Positions 38,403 to 46,574 of a stretch of 64,000 nt of DNA are shown here, one piece after another; the first letter of the stretch is position 1; every line of letters begins with the position of its first letter. The notes under the pieces were generated by a model, which was given only the letters and a program-made list of their open reading frames with translations, was not told the DNA's origin and made no database searches. Both the position numbers and the translations under genes were made by a program. Source of the stretch: Bacteroidota bacterium (GTDB lineage: Bacteria > Bacteroidota > Bacteroidia > Bacteroidales > VadinHA17). The stretch spans positions 1,629 through 65,628 of the forward strand of contig QKGI01000064.1 in NCBI GenBank assembly GCA_003250475.1, written 5' to 3'.

Positions 38403-39872
38403 ATGAAAAAATTCCTAACCCTGTTTTCCGCACTGCTAGTTACCGGTTCCCTTCTTGCAGGCGGTCTGGTAACAAACACCAACCACAGCGCATACATGGT
38501 GCGCATGCTGAGCCGCCAGGCTTCAACCGGCGTGGATGCAGTATATTACAACCCTGCAGGACTGACAAGCCTGGCAGACGGATTTCATTTTTCACTTAAT
38601 AACCAGATCATCGGTCAGACAAAGACTATCACTAACAATTACTATTTCCTGACTGAGAAACCGACTGAATATATCGGTACTGTAAGCGCTCCTGTCTTTC
38701 CGGGTGTATATGCCGTTTACAAGACCGGCAAATTAGCCTTCTCTGCAGGTTTCAACCCGATCGGCGGTGGCGGCGGCGCTGAATATGCTACCGGCCTTCC
38801 CTCATTCGAAAAGCAGATTGCGAACCTGGTGCCCGGGCTGCAGACTCAGCTGGCTCCGCTTGACCAGGGCGTAATAGATGCAACTACTCTGGACCCCACC
38901 TTCAGAAACGTAACCGGTTATGACGGTACCATATTTTTCGAAGGAAGCTCAATCTACTTCGGCTACCAGGCTAATGTATCATATGAAATCAATGACTTCA
39001 TTTCCGTGGCGCTTGGAGGAAGGTATGTGACAGCAAAAAACACCTACCAGGGTTACGTAAATAATGTTACCATTACTGCTTCACCGGCAGCATTACCGGG
39101 GAGTGTTCCTGCTCCGTACAGCGGCTCACCCGGCAACTATCTGAGAGCTATAGCCCAGACACCTTACGGTGCCACACAGGCAACCAGCCTCAACGCTACA
39201 GCTGCAGCCCTTGATGTCATGACAAATATCGAGGCAGACGTTGTTGAGGAAGGAAGCGGATTCACTCCCATAGTAAGCGTCAATATCACTCCTGGTGGTG
39301 ATATGTTCAATATCTCGCTCAAATACGAGTTCAAGACTACCCTGGACCTGACCACTACTGTCATCGACGGCAAGGACGGAGGCGGGATGTTTGAGGATGG
39401 TGGAACCAAGGTAGCTGACATGCCCGCAGTTCTCTCTGCAGGTGTCGGCATACGTCCCATGGGAAAACTCTATATCGCAGCTGGTATGAATTATTACTTC
39501 GACAAGAATAACGATTATGACGGCAGCAGAGACCTCGAGGTCGCAATGATCGACAAGAATTTCTACGAATATTCAGTAGGCGTGGAATATGCACTTACCA
39601 AGATGATTAAGCTTAGTGCCGGTTACAGCGGTACACAGACAGGTGTAAACGACACCTATCAGAGTGACCTGAGATATAGTCTCAACACATCTACATTTGG
39701 CGGAGGTATCGGTCTTACCCTTTCACCTATGATCGACATCAACCTCGGTGGAATGTGGACAATGTACCAGGATGGAAGCAAGTCAACCCCGGTTACCGGT
39801 TTACCTGATACAATCGAAACCTATGACACCGAAACATGGGTGGTAGGTATCGGTGTGGATCTCCACTTCTAA
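38403..39872 (+). CDS. Outer-membrane beta-barrel protein, FadL/OmpP1/TodX-like
   Basis: Start taken at 'MKKFLTLFSALLVTGSLLAGG'. 'NTNHSAYMVRMLSRQASTGVDAVYYNPAGL' resembles the FadL-family N-terminus. C-terminal residue is F. Confidence 0.5.
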   Translation: MKKFLTLFSALLVTGSLLAGGLVTNTNHSAYMVRMLSRQASTGVDAVYYNPAGLTSLADGFHFSLNNQIIGQTKTITNNYYFLTEKPTEYIGTVSAPVFPGVYAVYKTGKLAFSAGFNPIGGGGGAEYATGLPSFEKQIANLVPGLQTQLAPLDQGVIDATTLDPTFRNVTGYDGTIFFEGSSIYFGYQANVSYEINDFISVALGGRYVTAKNTYQGYVNNVTITASPAALPGSVPAPYSGSPGNYLRAIAQTPYGATQATSLNATAAALDVMTNIEADVVEEGSGFTPIVSVNITPGGDMFNISLKYEFKTTLDLTTTVIDGKDGGGMFEDGGTKVADMPAVLSAGVGIRPMGKLYIAAGMNYYFDKNNDYDGSRDLEVAMIDKNFYEYSVGVEYALTKMIKLSAGYSGTQTGVNDTYQSDLRYSLNTSTFGGGIGLTLSPMIDINLGGMWTMYQDGSKSTPVTGLPDTIETYDTETWVVGIGVDLHF

Positions 39873-39893
39873 TACTAACCTATGATCTATTAA

Positions 39894-39927
39894 AGCCCCG
39901 CACTGAATACAGGCGGGGCTTTTTTTT
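39894..39927. terminator. Bidirectional intrinsic terminator between convergent genes
   Basis: 'AGCCCCGC actgaatacag GCGGGGCT TTTTTTT': 8-bp stem, T-run, and 'TTAAA' upstream. Confidence 0.7.
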
Positions 39928-40607
39928 CAGTAACTCACCCCCTCCCATCTCAGGGTTTCAAGATAGAGTCCCAGGTCAGGAGTGTCGGATGTCATCATCC
40001 TGTCATACCATGACCTGGCTTTCACCTCCCTGCCCCTCTTGTGATCAATAAGAATAAGGGAGGTGTAAACTGATCCTTCAATTCCCAGGTTAAGAGAATC
40101 CGTTTCATTGATGATCTCCTCAAAAATGCTGTAAGCAGCCAGATCCTGGCCCCTGTCCGACAGGCTATAAGCCTCATTAAGTTTACTGTTCAGAGCCGGA
40201 TCGGTAACAATCCCCCTGAAAGAGAGGCAGCCGCCAACACAATCCTCGATTATTGAAAACCACGTGGGCATCCCCGTGGGTGGGAATGTCAGTGAGAAAG
40301 CAGCTTTTTCCCCCGGGCGTTTGAACTTACGGGTTGACGGACAGTATGGCAATCCCTTTAAACCCTTCATCTTTATCCTTGTGCCGTCCGGCATGACCAG
40401 GTAAGTGTTCCTGTCGATGCAAAACCATGCATTGTTGATGTCACTCATTACAGTCATCGAGACAACAGTGGCGTCTCCGTTGAAATCCACCCTCACTATC
40501 TCGGCGGTGAGGGGTGACTTAATGCCGTAATTGGGACTTAGCACACTCTGTGCAGCCGCAGTATAACCTAATGCAGCTAGTATCAATATGATCGTTCCCT
40601 TTTTCAT
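39927..40607 (-). CDS. Secreted protein of unknown function
   Basis: 226 aa with signal peptide 'MKKGTIILILAALGYTAAAQS'. No family recognised. Its start codon lies inside the 31-bp inverted repeat. Confidence 0.5.
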   Translation of the reverse strand: MKKGTIILILAALGYTAAAQSVLSPNYGIKSPLTAEIVRVDFNGDATVVSMTVMSDINNAWFCIDRNTYLVMPDGTRIKMKGLKGLPYCPSTRKFKRPGEKAAFSLTFPPTGMPTWFSIIEDCVGGCLSFRGIVTDPALNSKLNEAYSLSDRGQDLAAYSIFEEIINETDSLNLGIEGSVYTSLILIDHKRGREVKARSWYDRMMTSDTPDLGLYLETLRWEGVSY

Positions 40608-40630
40608 TTTATCGTTATGATTGTTGGTTC
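40600..40630. repeat. Left arm of perfect 31-bp inverted repeat (partner 42121-42151)
   Basis: 'TTTTTCATTTTATCGTTATGATTGTTGGTTC' is the exact reverse complement of 42121-42151. Contains the ATG of gene 39927..40607. Confidence 0.9.
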
Positions 40631-40637
40631 TTTATAA

Positions 40638-40725
40638 GTCTGAAGGTCCGAAGGTCTGGTGTCTGAAGGTCTGAGGTCTGAAGGTCTGAAGTCTTGCGGT
40701 CCTGCAGTCTTGCAGTCTTGCAGAC
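40638..40725 (+). repeat. Mosaic GTC-unit array A
   Basis: Read directly: GTCTGAAG GTCCGAAG GTCTGGT GTCTGAAG GTCTGAG GTCTGAAG GTCTGAA GTCTTGCG GTCCTGCA GTCTTGCA GTCTTGCA GAC, followed by GCGAAGC at 40729-40735. Confidence 0.9.
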
Positions 40726-40919
40726 TTGGCGAAGCGTAGCGGGGATCTTCGACCGTAAGGTAGGGACAGTCTTCCTGTGCCGTTGTCTGCCACCTTTAAA
40801 AGGAGGTTTTTGACCCCTTTTACTATATTCCTCAATTATCATACCGTAAAGTTAGTGATTTAACTGAGAGCCTTTTCAGTCTTTGTACTCACTCCATAAA
40901 CAGATGCTAATACTATGTT

Positions 40920-40980
40920 TGTAACAACTTTGTAACATTTGTGTAATCCGAATGTAACAAAAGTGCAGGTATTTTGTAAT
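40920..40980 (+). promoter_or_regulatory. Phased TGTAA(C/T) direct repeats, candidate Pho-box array/promoter of the porin-pst cluster
   Basis: TGTAAC at 40920, 40931 and 40953; TGTAAT at 40942 and 40975. All are on an exact 11-bp register. The last ends 25 nt before the porin ATG (41005). Confidence 0.4.
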
Positions 40981-41004
40981 GTCAAACCATCAACTTCAAT
41001 TCTG

Positions 41005-42000
41005 ATGAAAATTAAGATCTTATCACTAATGTTCACCCTTCTTGTTCTGACAGCAGTTACAGCCTCAGCCCAGGATAGTGACGAATTCAAACCGGGAGGT
41101 AAAATGTACGGGCTGTTTTTCACCAACTTCCATACCACTTATGAAGGCGGGTCAAACAGTTCTGCTTTTGAAGTCACACGTTCATACCTTGGATTCGAAT
41201 ACAGGTTCTCCGAAGAGATATCTACGCGTATCCTGTATGACGGCACAACAAATGTCATTGACGGAAAAACTCTCTATTCGGGATATCTCCGTAATGCCTT
41301 TATCCAGTATAAAAAAGGCAGTTTCATTTTACAGGGCGGCCTCATAGGTATGGAGCAGGTCTCGGCGATGGAAAAGATATGGTCATACCGGTTCATATCA
41401 AAGCCTCCGATTGATTATTCAGGGATGGTACAGGTTGCCGACCTCGGTGTAAGTACAAAGTTCAACGCCGTGGAATGGCTCTCGGTTGATATCTCTGTCA
41501 CGCAGGGACGCGGGGTTAAGAACCTGGTTGCTGACGGCACCTATAAGCTGTCTGCAGGCTTTACCATGACTCCGGCCACCCACATGATCATAAGAGGCTT
41601 TTATGATATGATGGGATCATCAGGCAGCATGCAGCGAACAGCAAGCATCACTGCGGCATATACCGGACCCCGGCTTACTGCCGGCGCTGAATATTTCAGG
41701 CAGGACAACAACAAGATGACTGTGGGAAACGACTATTCGGGTGTCAGTTTCTTCACCAGTATCCCCCTCGCAGAAAAGGTGAACCTGTTTGCCAGGTATG
41801 ACCGCATAAGCTCTACCATACCTGAAGGAGAAACAGATCCGTGGAATATTACAAAAGACGGGTCATATCTTTTTGCAGGTATTGCCTTCTCGCCGGCACG
41901 AAATATAAGAATATCACCTAACTTTATTGGGTATATTCCATCAGACAGCGAATCGGATATGAGGAGTACAATAGGATTGAACGTGGAGGCAAGATTCTGA
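41005..42000 (+). CDS. Outer-membrane porin, probably phosphate-selective porin O/P-like
   Basis: Start at 'MKIKILSLMFTLLVLTAVTASAQ'. Alternating beta-strand pattern with C-terminal F. Immediately upstream of pstS. Confidence 0.5.
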   Translation: MKIKILSLMFTLLVLTAVTASAQDSDEFKPGGKMYGLFFTNFHTTYEGGSNSSAFEVTRSYLGFEYRFSEEISTRILYDGTTNVIDGKTLYSGYLRNAFIQYKKGSFILQGGLIGMEQVSAMEKIWSYRFISKPPIDYSGMVQVADLGVSTKFNAVEWLSVDISVTQGRGVKNLVADGTYKLSAGFTMTPATHMIIRGFYDMMGSSGSMQRTASITAAYTGPRLTAGAEYFRQDNNKMTVGNDYSGVSFFTSIPLAEKVNLFARYDRISSTIPEGETDPWNITKDGSYLFAGIAFSPARNIRISPNFIGYIPSDSESDMRSTIGLNVEARF

Positions 42001-42058
42001 CAGTTAAATACTTAACCCTGATCAGGCACTGACATAATGAAACAACCGGCCATAAAAA

Positions 42059-42116
42059 GACCTTCAGACCTTCAGACACCAGACCTTCAGACCTCAGACC
42101 TTCAGACCTTCAGACC
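42059..42116 (-). repeat. Mosaic GTC-unit array B (inverted relative to A)
   Basis: 'GAC CTTCAGAC CTTCAGAC ACCAGAC CTTCAGAC CTCAGAC CTTCAGAC CTTCAGAC C', the reverse complement of GTCTGAAG-type units. Confidence 0.9.
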
Positions 42117-42120
42117 AAAA

Positions 42121-42151
42121 GAACCAACAATCATAACGATAAAATGAAAAA
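42121..42151. repeat. Right arm of perfect 31-bp inverted repeat
   Basis: 'GAACCAACAATCATAACGATAAAATGAAAAA'. Contains an ATG (42144) that is out of frame with pstS. Confidence 0.9.
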
Positions 42152-42201
42152 TCAGAGCGGCCTCCTGCGGCAGCGGCCCGTCAACAGGCAAAGGAAGCAA
42201 A

Positions 42202-43173
42202 GTGACTCTCTCGGCTGCCGGGGCGACTTTCCCACAGCCGTTCTATAACCTAGCATTCAAGAAACACAGTGAGGCAGGTGGACCCCTTATCAACTACGGA
42301 GGAATAGGCTCCGGAGGGGGCATCAAGAGTCTGCGTGACCAGGTAGTTGACTTCGGCGCAACCGATGCCTACCTCTCCGATGCCGAGCTGGCGGAGATGC
42401 CGGGTGAGGTGGTACACATACCCACATGCATAGGCGCCGTGGTCATAGCCTACAACCTTCCCGGGGTGAACGGGCTGCAACTTACTCCTGCCCTCCTTGA
42501 AGGTATCTTTCTTGGCACTATAAAGACATGGAACGATCCGCAGATTACAGCCGTCAACCCGGATATCACGTTGCCGGCCATGGACATCACAGTTGTGTAC
42601 CGCTCTGACGGAAGCGGCACCACATACATCTTCAGTGACTATATGTCGAAGGTAAGCGCAGTCTGGAATGAAGAGATGGGCACCGGCAAAGCTCTTAACT
42701 GGCCGGCAGGTATCGGAGCCAAGGGTAACCCCGGCGTTGCAGGCACCATCAGCCAGAGCCAGGGGACGGTAGGCTATATCGGCTTTGAATATGCTTACGC
42801 GCAGAAAATCCCGATGGCCAGGGTGATGAACAGCTCGGGCTACTTTATCGAGCCTACGCTTGACTCATTCACTGCCGCGGCTGATGTCGACATGCCTGCT
42901 GACACGAGGGTGATGATAACCAACTCGCCAAACAGCGAGGCCTACCCTATCACCAGCTTCACATGGATCATCATGTACAGGGAGCAGTCGTACGGCAGGC
43001 ACTCCCGCGAAGCAGCCGAGGCAACAGTACAAACTGTCAAATGGCTTACCGGTCCCGACGCACAGGCCATAGCCACCAGCGTGCATTATGCCTCACTGCC
43101 TCAGAACGCCGTTGACCAGGCAGCCATATTGCTGAAGGGTATCACATTTGACGGAGAACCACTCCTGAAGTAA
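42202..43173 (+). CDS. pstS: Phosphate ABC transporter substrate-binding protein PstS, 5' end anomalous (no signal peptide encoded)
   Basis: 'SAAGATFPQPFY', 'GGIGSGGGI', 'YRSDGSGTTYIF' are PstS motifs. The listed start is a GTG. The same frame upstream reads '*KIRAASCGSGPSTGKGSK' (a lipobox relic) and is closed by a TGA at 42145. Confidence 0.8.
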   Translation: MTLSAAGATFPQPFYNLAFKKHSEAGGPLINYGGIGSGGGIKSLRDQVVDFGATDAYLSDAELAEMPGEVVHIPTCIGAVVIAYNLPGVNGLQLTPALLEGIFLGTIKTWNDPQITAVNPDITLPAMDITVVYRSDGSGTTYIFSDYMSKVSAVWNEEMGTGKALNWPAGIGAKGNPGVAGTISQSQGTVGYIGFEYAYAQKIPMARVMNSSGYFIEPTLDSFTAAADVDMPADTRVMITNSPNSEAYPITSFTWIIMYREQSYGRHSREAAEATVQTVKWLTGPDAQAIATSVHYASLPQNAVDQAAILLKGITFDGEPLLK

Positions 43174-43177
43174 CGGG

Positions 43178-44029
43178 ATGGCAGGCGACAGGATAACAAA
43201 AGCCCTGCTCTTCATCTCGTCACTGACAATACTGCTGCTCAGTGCCGGAATAATCCTCTCCCTTGCCGGAGGGGCTGTTCCGGCTTTTAAGGAATACGGG
43301 ATAGGGTTCATCACCTCCACGAAATGGAACCCCACAGCCGGAAGCGAGGAGTACGGGGCGATGTCGTTCATTGCCGGCACGGTAATCACCTCGATACTGG
43401 CACTGATAATATGTATCCCTATGGCCTTCTCCACCTCCCTGTTCATAGCGGAATACTACAGAGGCACGCGGACAGCTGGTATACTGCGCAGCCTTGTAGA
43501 TCTCCTGGCAGGTATCCCATCGATTGTTTACGGATTCTGGGGGTTCTATGCTCTCCGGCCGTTGCTTGTAAGCACCGGTCTTACCGACCAGGGGTTCGGC
43601 ATATTCACTGCCTCGCTGGTGCTGGCGATAATGATCGTCCCCTATGCCACCTCTCTCAGCGCCGAGATCATCTCCATGGTGCCCTCCGAACTCAAGGAGG
43701 CCGCCTACTCCCTCGGGGCGACACGCCGGGAGGTTATTTTCCACGTGGTCATCCCTTCAGCACGCTCGGGTATAATAGCCAGCTTCATCCTGGCACTGGG
43801 CCGTGCACTCGGTGAGACCATGGCAGTTACGATGCTTATCGGCAACGCCAACATAATGCCCCGGGGACTCTTTGCGCCGGGTAACACAATGGCATCGGTC
43901 ATCGCCAACCAGTTCGGAGAGGCTGACGGACTGAAGATGAGCGCCCTGATTGCAATAGGGCTGCTGCTCTTCCTGATAACCGCCCTGGTCAACGCCCTTG
44001 GTAAAATGATCATCAAACGCTTTGCCTGA
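43178..44029 (+). CDS. pstC: Phosphate ABC transporter permease PstC
   Basis: 6-TM permease with 'EAAYSLGATRREVIFHVVIPSA' EAA loop. Operon position after pstS. Confidence 0.85.
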   Translation: MAGDRITKALLFISSLTILLLSAGIILSLAGGAVPAFKEYGIGFITSTKWNPTAGSEEYGAMSFIAGTVITSILALIICIPMAFSTSLFIAEYYRGTRTAGILRSLVDLLAGIPSIVYGFWGFYALRPLLVSTGLTDQGFGIFTASLVLAIMIVPYATSLSAEIISMVPSELKEAAYSLGATRREVIFHVVIPSARSGIIASFILALGRALGETMAVTMLIGNANIMPRGLFAPGNTMASVIANQFGEADGLKMSALIAIGLLLFLITALVNALGKMIIKRFA

Positions 44030-44918
44030 CAGACAGATGAAGAAGGAACTGAGTGACAATATAGGCAGGCGTAACCGTGCAAACGGCTGGTTCAGATCTC
44101 TGGTCATTGCAGGATCGGTGATCACGATTATTCCGATATTCCTTATCGTCGGCAACCTCGCCGTCAAGGGGTACCGCCAGATAAACCTGGCTTTCTTCAC
44201 CGAGCCGGCCCCCGATACTTTCCAGGCGATGATGGCAGCCTCATCCGGCGAGATCATCCCGGGCGGTATTGCCAACGGTCTCACAGGATCACTCCTCATG
44301 GTGCTTATGGCATCCCTGATAGCTGTCCCCCTGGGGCTCATGACAGGGATATACATCTATGAGAACAGCACCAGGAGGTATGCCGCTTTCATCAGGAGCC
44401 TGACAGAGATATTACAGGGGGTGCCGTCAATCATACTTGGTATCATAGCCTACTTATGGATCGTTAAGAACATCACCAGGGGCTATTCTGCCCTGGCTGG
44501 CAGCGTTTCCCTGACCATCATGATGCTGCCGCTTATAATACGGTCAACGGAGGAGACGATGCGTATGATACCGGTGACCATCAGGGAGGCAGCCTTTGCC
44601 CTGGGCACCCCCTATTACAAGATGATATACAAGATACTTATACCCGTCAGCTTCAGCGGTCTTGCCACCGGCATACTGCTGGCCCTCTCGAGGATACTGG
44701 GAGAGACAGCCCCGCTCATGCTCACTGCCCTGGGAAGCCCTGCCATCAGCCTTGACATCACCCGGCCCGTCAGTGCAGTGCCACTGCTTATATGGGATTT
44801 TTACAATGATCCCAATATGGTCAACCTGGTATGGAGTGCATCACTATTCCTTATGGCCTTTGTTCTCTCAATGAACCTGCTGGCGCGCAGCGTGGCCTCA
44901 AAACATAAATATATCTGA
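44022..44918 (+). CDS. pstA: Phosphate ABC transporter permease PstA
   Basis: 'REAAFALGTPYYKMIYKILIP' EAA loop. 8-bp overlap with pstC. Confidence 0.85.
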   Translation: MPDRQMKKELSDNIGRRNRANGWFRSLVIAGSVITIIPIFLIVGNLAVKGYRQINLAFFTEPAPDTFQAMMAASSGEIIPGGIANGLTGSLLMVLMASLIAVPLGLMTGIYIYENSTRRYAAFIRSLTEILQGVPSIILGIIAYLWIVKNITRGYSALAGSVSLTIMMLPLIIRSTEETMRMIPVTIREAAFALGTPYYKMIYKILIPVSFSGLATGILLALSRILGETAPLMLTALGSPAISLDITRPVSAVPLLIWDFYNDPNMVNLVWSASLFLMAFVLSMNLLARSVASKHKYI

Positions 44919-44923
44919 TACAG

Positions 44924-45700
44924 ATGAACGATACCCCTGACAGCGAACATGTACTTACAATAAAAGAGCTCTCTATCGCCTATGAGCCGGGCCGTTATGC
45001 CGTCAATGACGTCAGTGCCGCCATCAGGCGTAACAGCATCACCGCCATTATGGGCCCCTCGGGTTGCGGCAAGAGCACCCTGCTGCGGGCCATGAACCGC
45101 ATGCATGAACTCTACCCGAACATTGAGACTAAAGGCGACATCCTGCTTGACGGCCAGAGCATATTCTCCATGTCAGTTATCGAGCTCAGACGAAAGGTCG
45201 GCATGGTCTTCCAGAGACCGAACCCCTTTCCCAACATGACAATTTATGAAAATGTGGTTGCTGGTTTCAGCCTGAACGACATAAGGATGAAGAAGAGTCA
45301 GCGTGACGACATAGTGGAGGAGGCTCTCAGAAACGTTGCACTATGGGATGAGGTCAAGGAATCGTTATACAGGAAGGGGACATTCCTTTCCGGGGGACAG
45401 CAGCAGCGGTTGTGCGTGGCAAGAGCCATAGCCTTCAACCCGGAGGTACTGCTGCTCGATGAACCGACCTCGGCCCTTGATCCTGTCGCCACCTCCAAGA
45501 TAGAGGATCTCCTCGGCGAACTGAAGAAAAAATATACGCTTGTCCTTGTAACCCATAACATGTCACAGGCGGCAAGGATATCAGACGACTCCATGTTCAT
45601 GTACCTGGGCGAGCTCGTCGAGTCGGGACGTACGGAGATACTCTTTACCAACCCGAAGGATTCACGCACCGAAGCATATCTTACGGGGAAATTCGGATGA
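44924..45700 (+). CDS. pstB: Phosphate ABC transporter ATP-binding protein PstB
   Basis: Walker A 'GPSGCGKST', signature 'LSGGQQQRLCVARA', Walker B 'LLLDEPTSALD'. PstB-typical 'MVFQRPNPFP'. Confidence 0.9.
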   Translation: MNDTPDSEHVLTIKELSIAYEPGRYAVNDVSAAIRRNSITAIMGPSGCGKSTLLRAMNRMHELYPNIETKGDILLDGQSIFSMSVIELRRKVGMVFQRPNPFPNMTIYENVVAGFSLNDIRMKKSQRDDIVEEALRNVALWDEVKESLYRKGTFLSGGQQQRLCVARAIAFNPEVLLLDEPTSALDPVATSKIEDLLGELKKKYTLVLVTHNMSQAARISDDSMFMYLGELVESGRTEILFTNPKDSRTEAYLTGKFG

Positions 45701-45739
45701 TTATGAGACATTTTCATACATTTGTTAAAACGCCTTACC

Positions 45740-46432
45740 ATGAGTGAGAAAAAAGAACTGGCATTGAACGAGATACAGGCCAGCTTCAACGAGATGGCAA
45801 ACATGGTCCTTCACCAGCTTACTCTCCTGGAGAAGCTGATGAATACGGCCGATGAGAAATCATTTAATGAGATTGCTGCAGAGATTGACACTGCCGAGAA
45901 CCGTATTGACAACCTTGAGGTTGTCATCAGTGAGCAGTTCACCAACACCATTGTACTGTATCAGCCCGTAGCCTCCGACGTGCGCCGGCTTGTGGCAATA
46001 TACCGTATGACTATCAACATTGAACGTATCGGTGACCGTATCGTCAACCTATGCAGGATCATCAGGACTATCCGTAATAGCAATGAATACGCCTCTGTCT
46101 CCATGCTGATATCCAACATGCTGACTTCCGGCACCATTATGGTTGAGAAATCTCTCCTCTCTTTCATTAACTCGGATCCGGACTATGCCATATGGACTAT
46201 CAAGAACGACTCGGTGGTTGACGAGATGAACCATAAGCTTCTGCTGGGCCATATCCGTAAGGAGGTTTTAGACGACAAGACAAGGCTGATGCTGATGAGT
46301 TATATCGAGCTGAAGGATATGATCTCCAATATTGAAAGGATTGCCGATCATGCCACCAACATTGCCGAAGCCTCAATCTACTCCCTCCAGGGAACAGACA
46401 TCAGGCATACAGGCATAGGCAAGGAAGAATGA
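45740..46432 (+). CDS. phoU: Phosphate signalling regulator PhoU
   Basis: Two PhoU repeats with 'INIERIGDRIVNL' and 'SNIERIADHATNIAE'. ATG at 45740 preferred over the listed TTG. Confidence 0.85.
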   Translation: MSEKKELALNEIQASFNEMANMVLHQLTLLEKLMNTADEKSFNEIAAEIDTAENRIDNLEVVISEQFTNTIVLYQPVASDVRRLVAIYRMTINIERIGDRIVNLCRIIRTIRNSNEYASVSMLISNMLTSGTIMVEKSLLSFINSDPDYAIWTIKNDSVVDEMNHKLLLGHIRKEVLDDKTRLMLMSYIELKDMISNIERIADHATNIAEASIYSLQGTDIRHTGIGKEE

Positions 46433-46456
46433 CAACAGGGTATCAAACACCATAAC

Positions 46457-46564
46457 CTTGAGACTTCAGACCTTCAGACCTCAGACCTTCAGACCTTCAG
46501 ACCCCAAACCTTCAGACCTCAGACCTTGAGACCCCAGACAGAGCGAAGCGACAGACCTTCAGAC
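46457..46564 (-). repeat. Mosaic GTC-unit array C
   Basis: About 13 CTTCAGAC/CTCAGAC/CTTGAGAC/CCCAGAC units plus GCGAAGC at 46543-46549. Fills 108 of the 142 nt between phoU and the response regulator and ends 10 nt before its ATG. Confidence 0.9.
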
Positions 46565-46574
46565 GTACCACACA

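Noticed and set aside
40615-40842. ORFs reading through the repeat arrays (40615..40842, 40632..40835, 48953..49243, 48894..49103, 49155..49619, 52578..52775, 59657..59902, 59667..59909, 59700..59918)
   Set aside because: Their translations are low-complexity echoes of the 7-8 nt units (SDLQT, SEGLKSEGL, CKTARPQD) in whichever frame happens to be open. They overlap real genes or hairpins and have no start context, so I treat them as non-coding repeat DNA.
40972-40980. Bacteroidota -7 promoter element (TAnnTTTG) at 'TATTTTGTAAT'
   Set aside because: It is one T short of the consensus spacing, so I could not call a promoter confidently. It remains as the alternative explanation for part of the TGTAAC array.
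42144-42204. Programmed +1 frameshift on the ATGAAAAAT run to rescue pstS
   Set aside because: The shifted product would start MKIRAASC, which lacks the hydrophobic core needed for a lipoprotein signal peptide. A rearrangement or assembly problem is more parsimonious.
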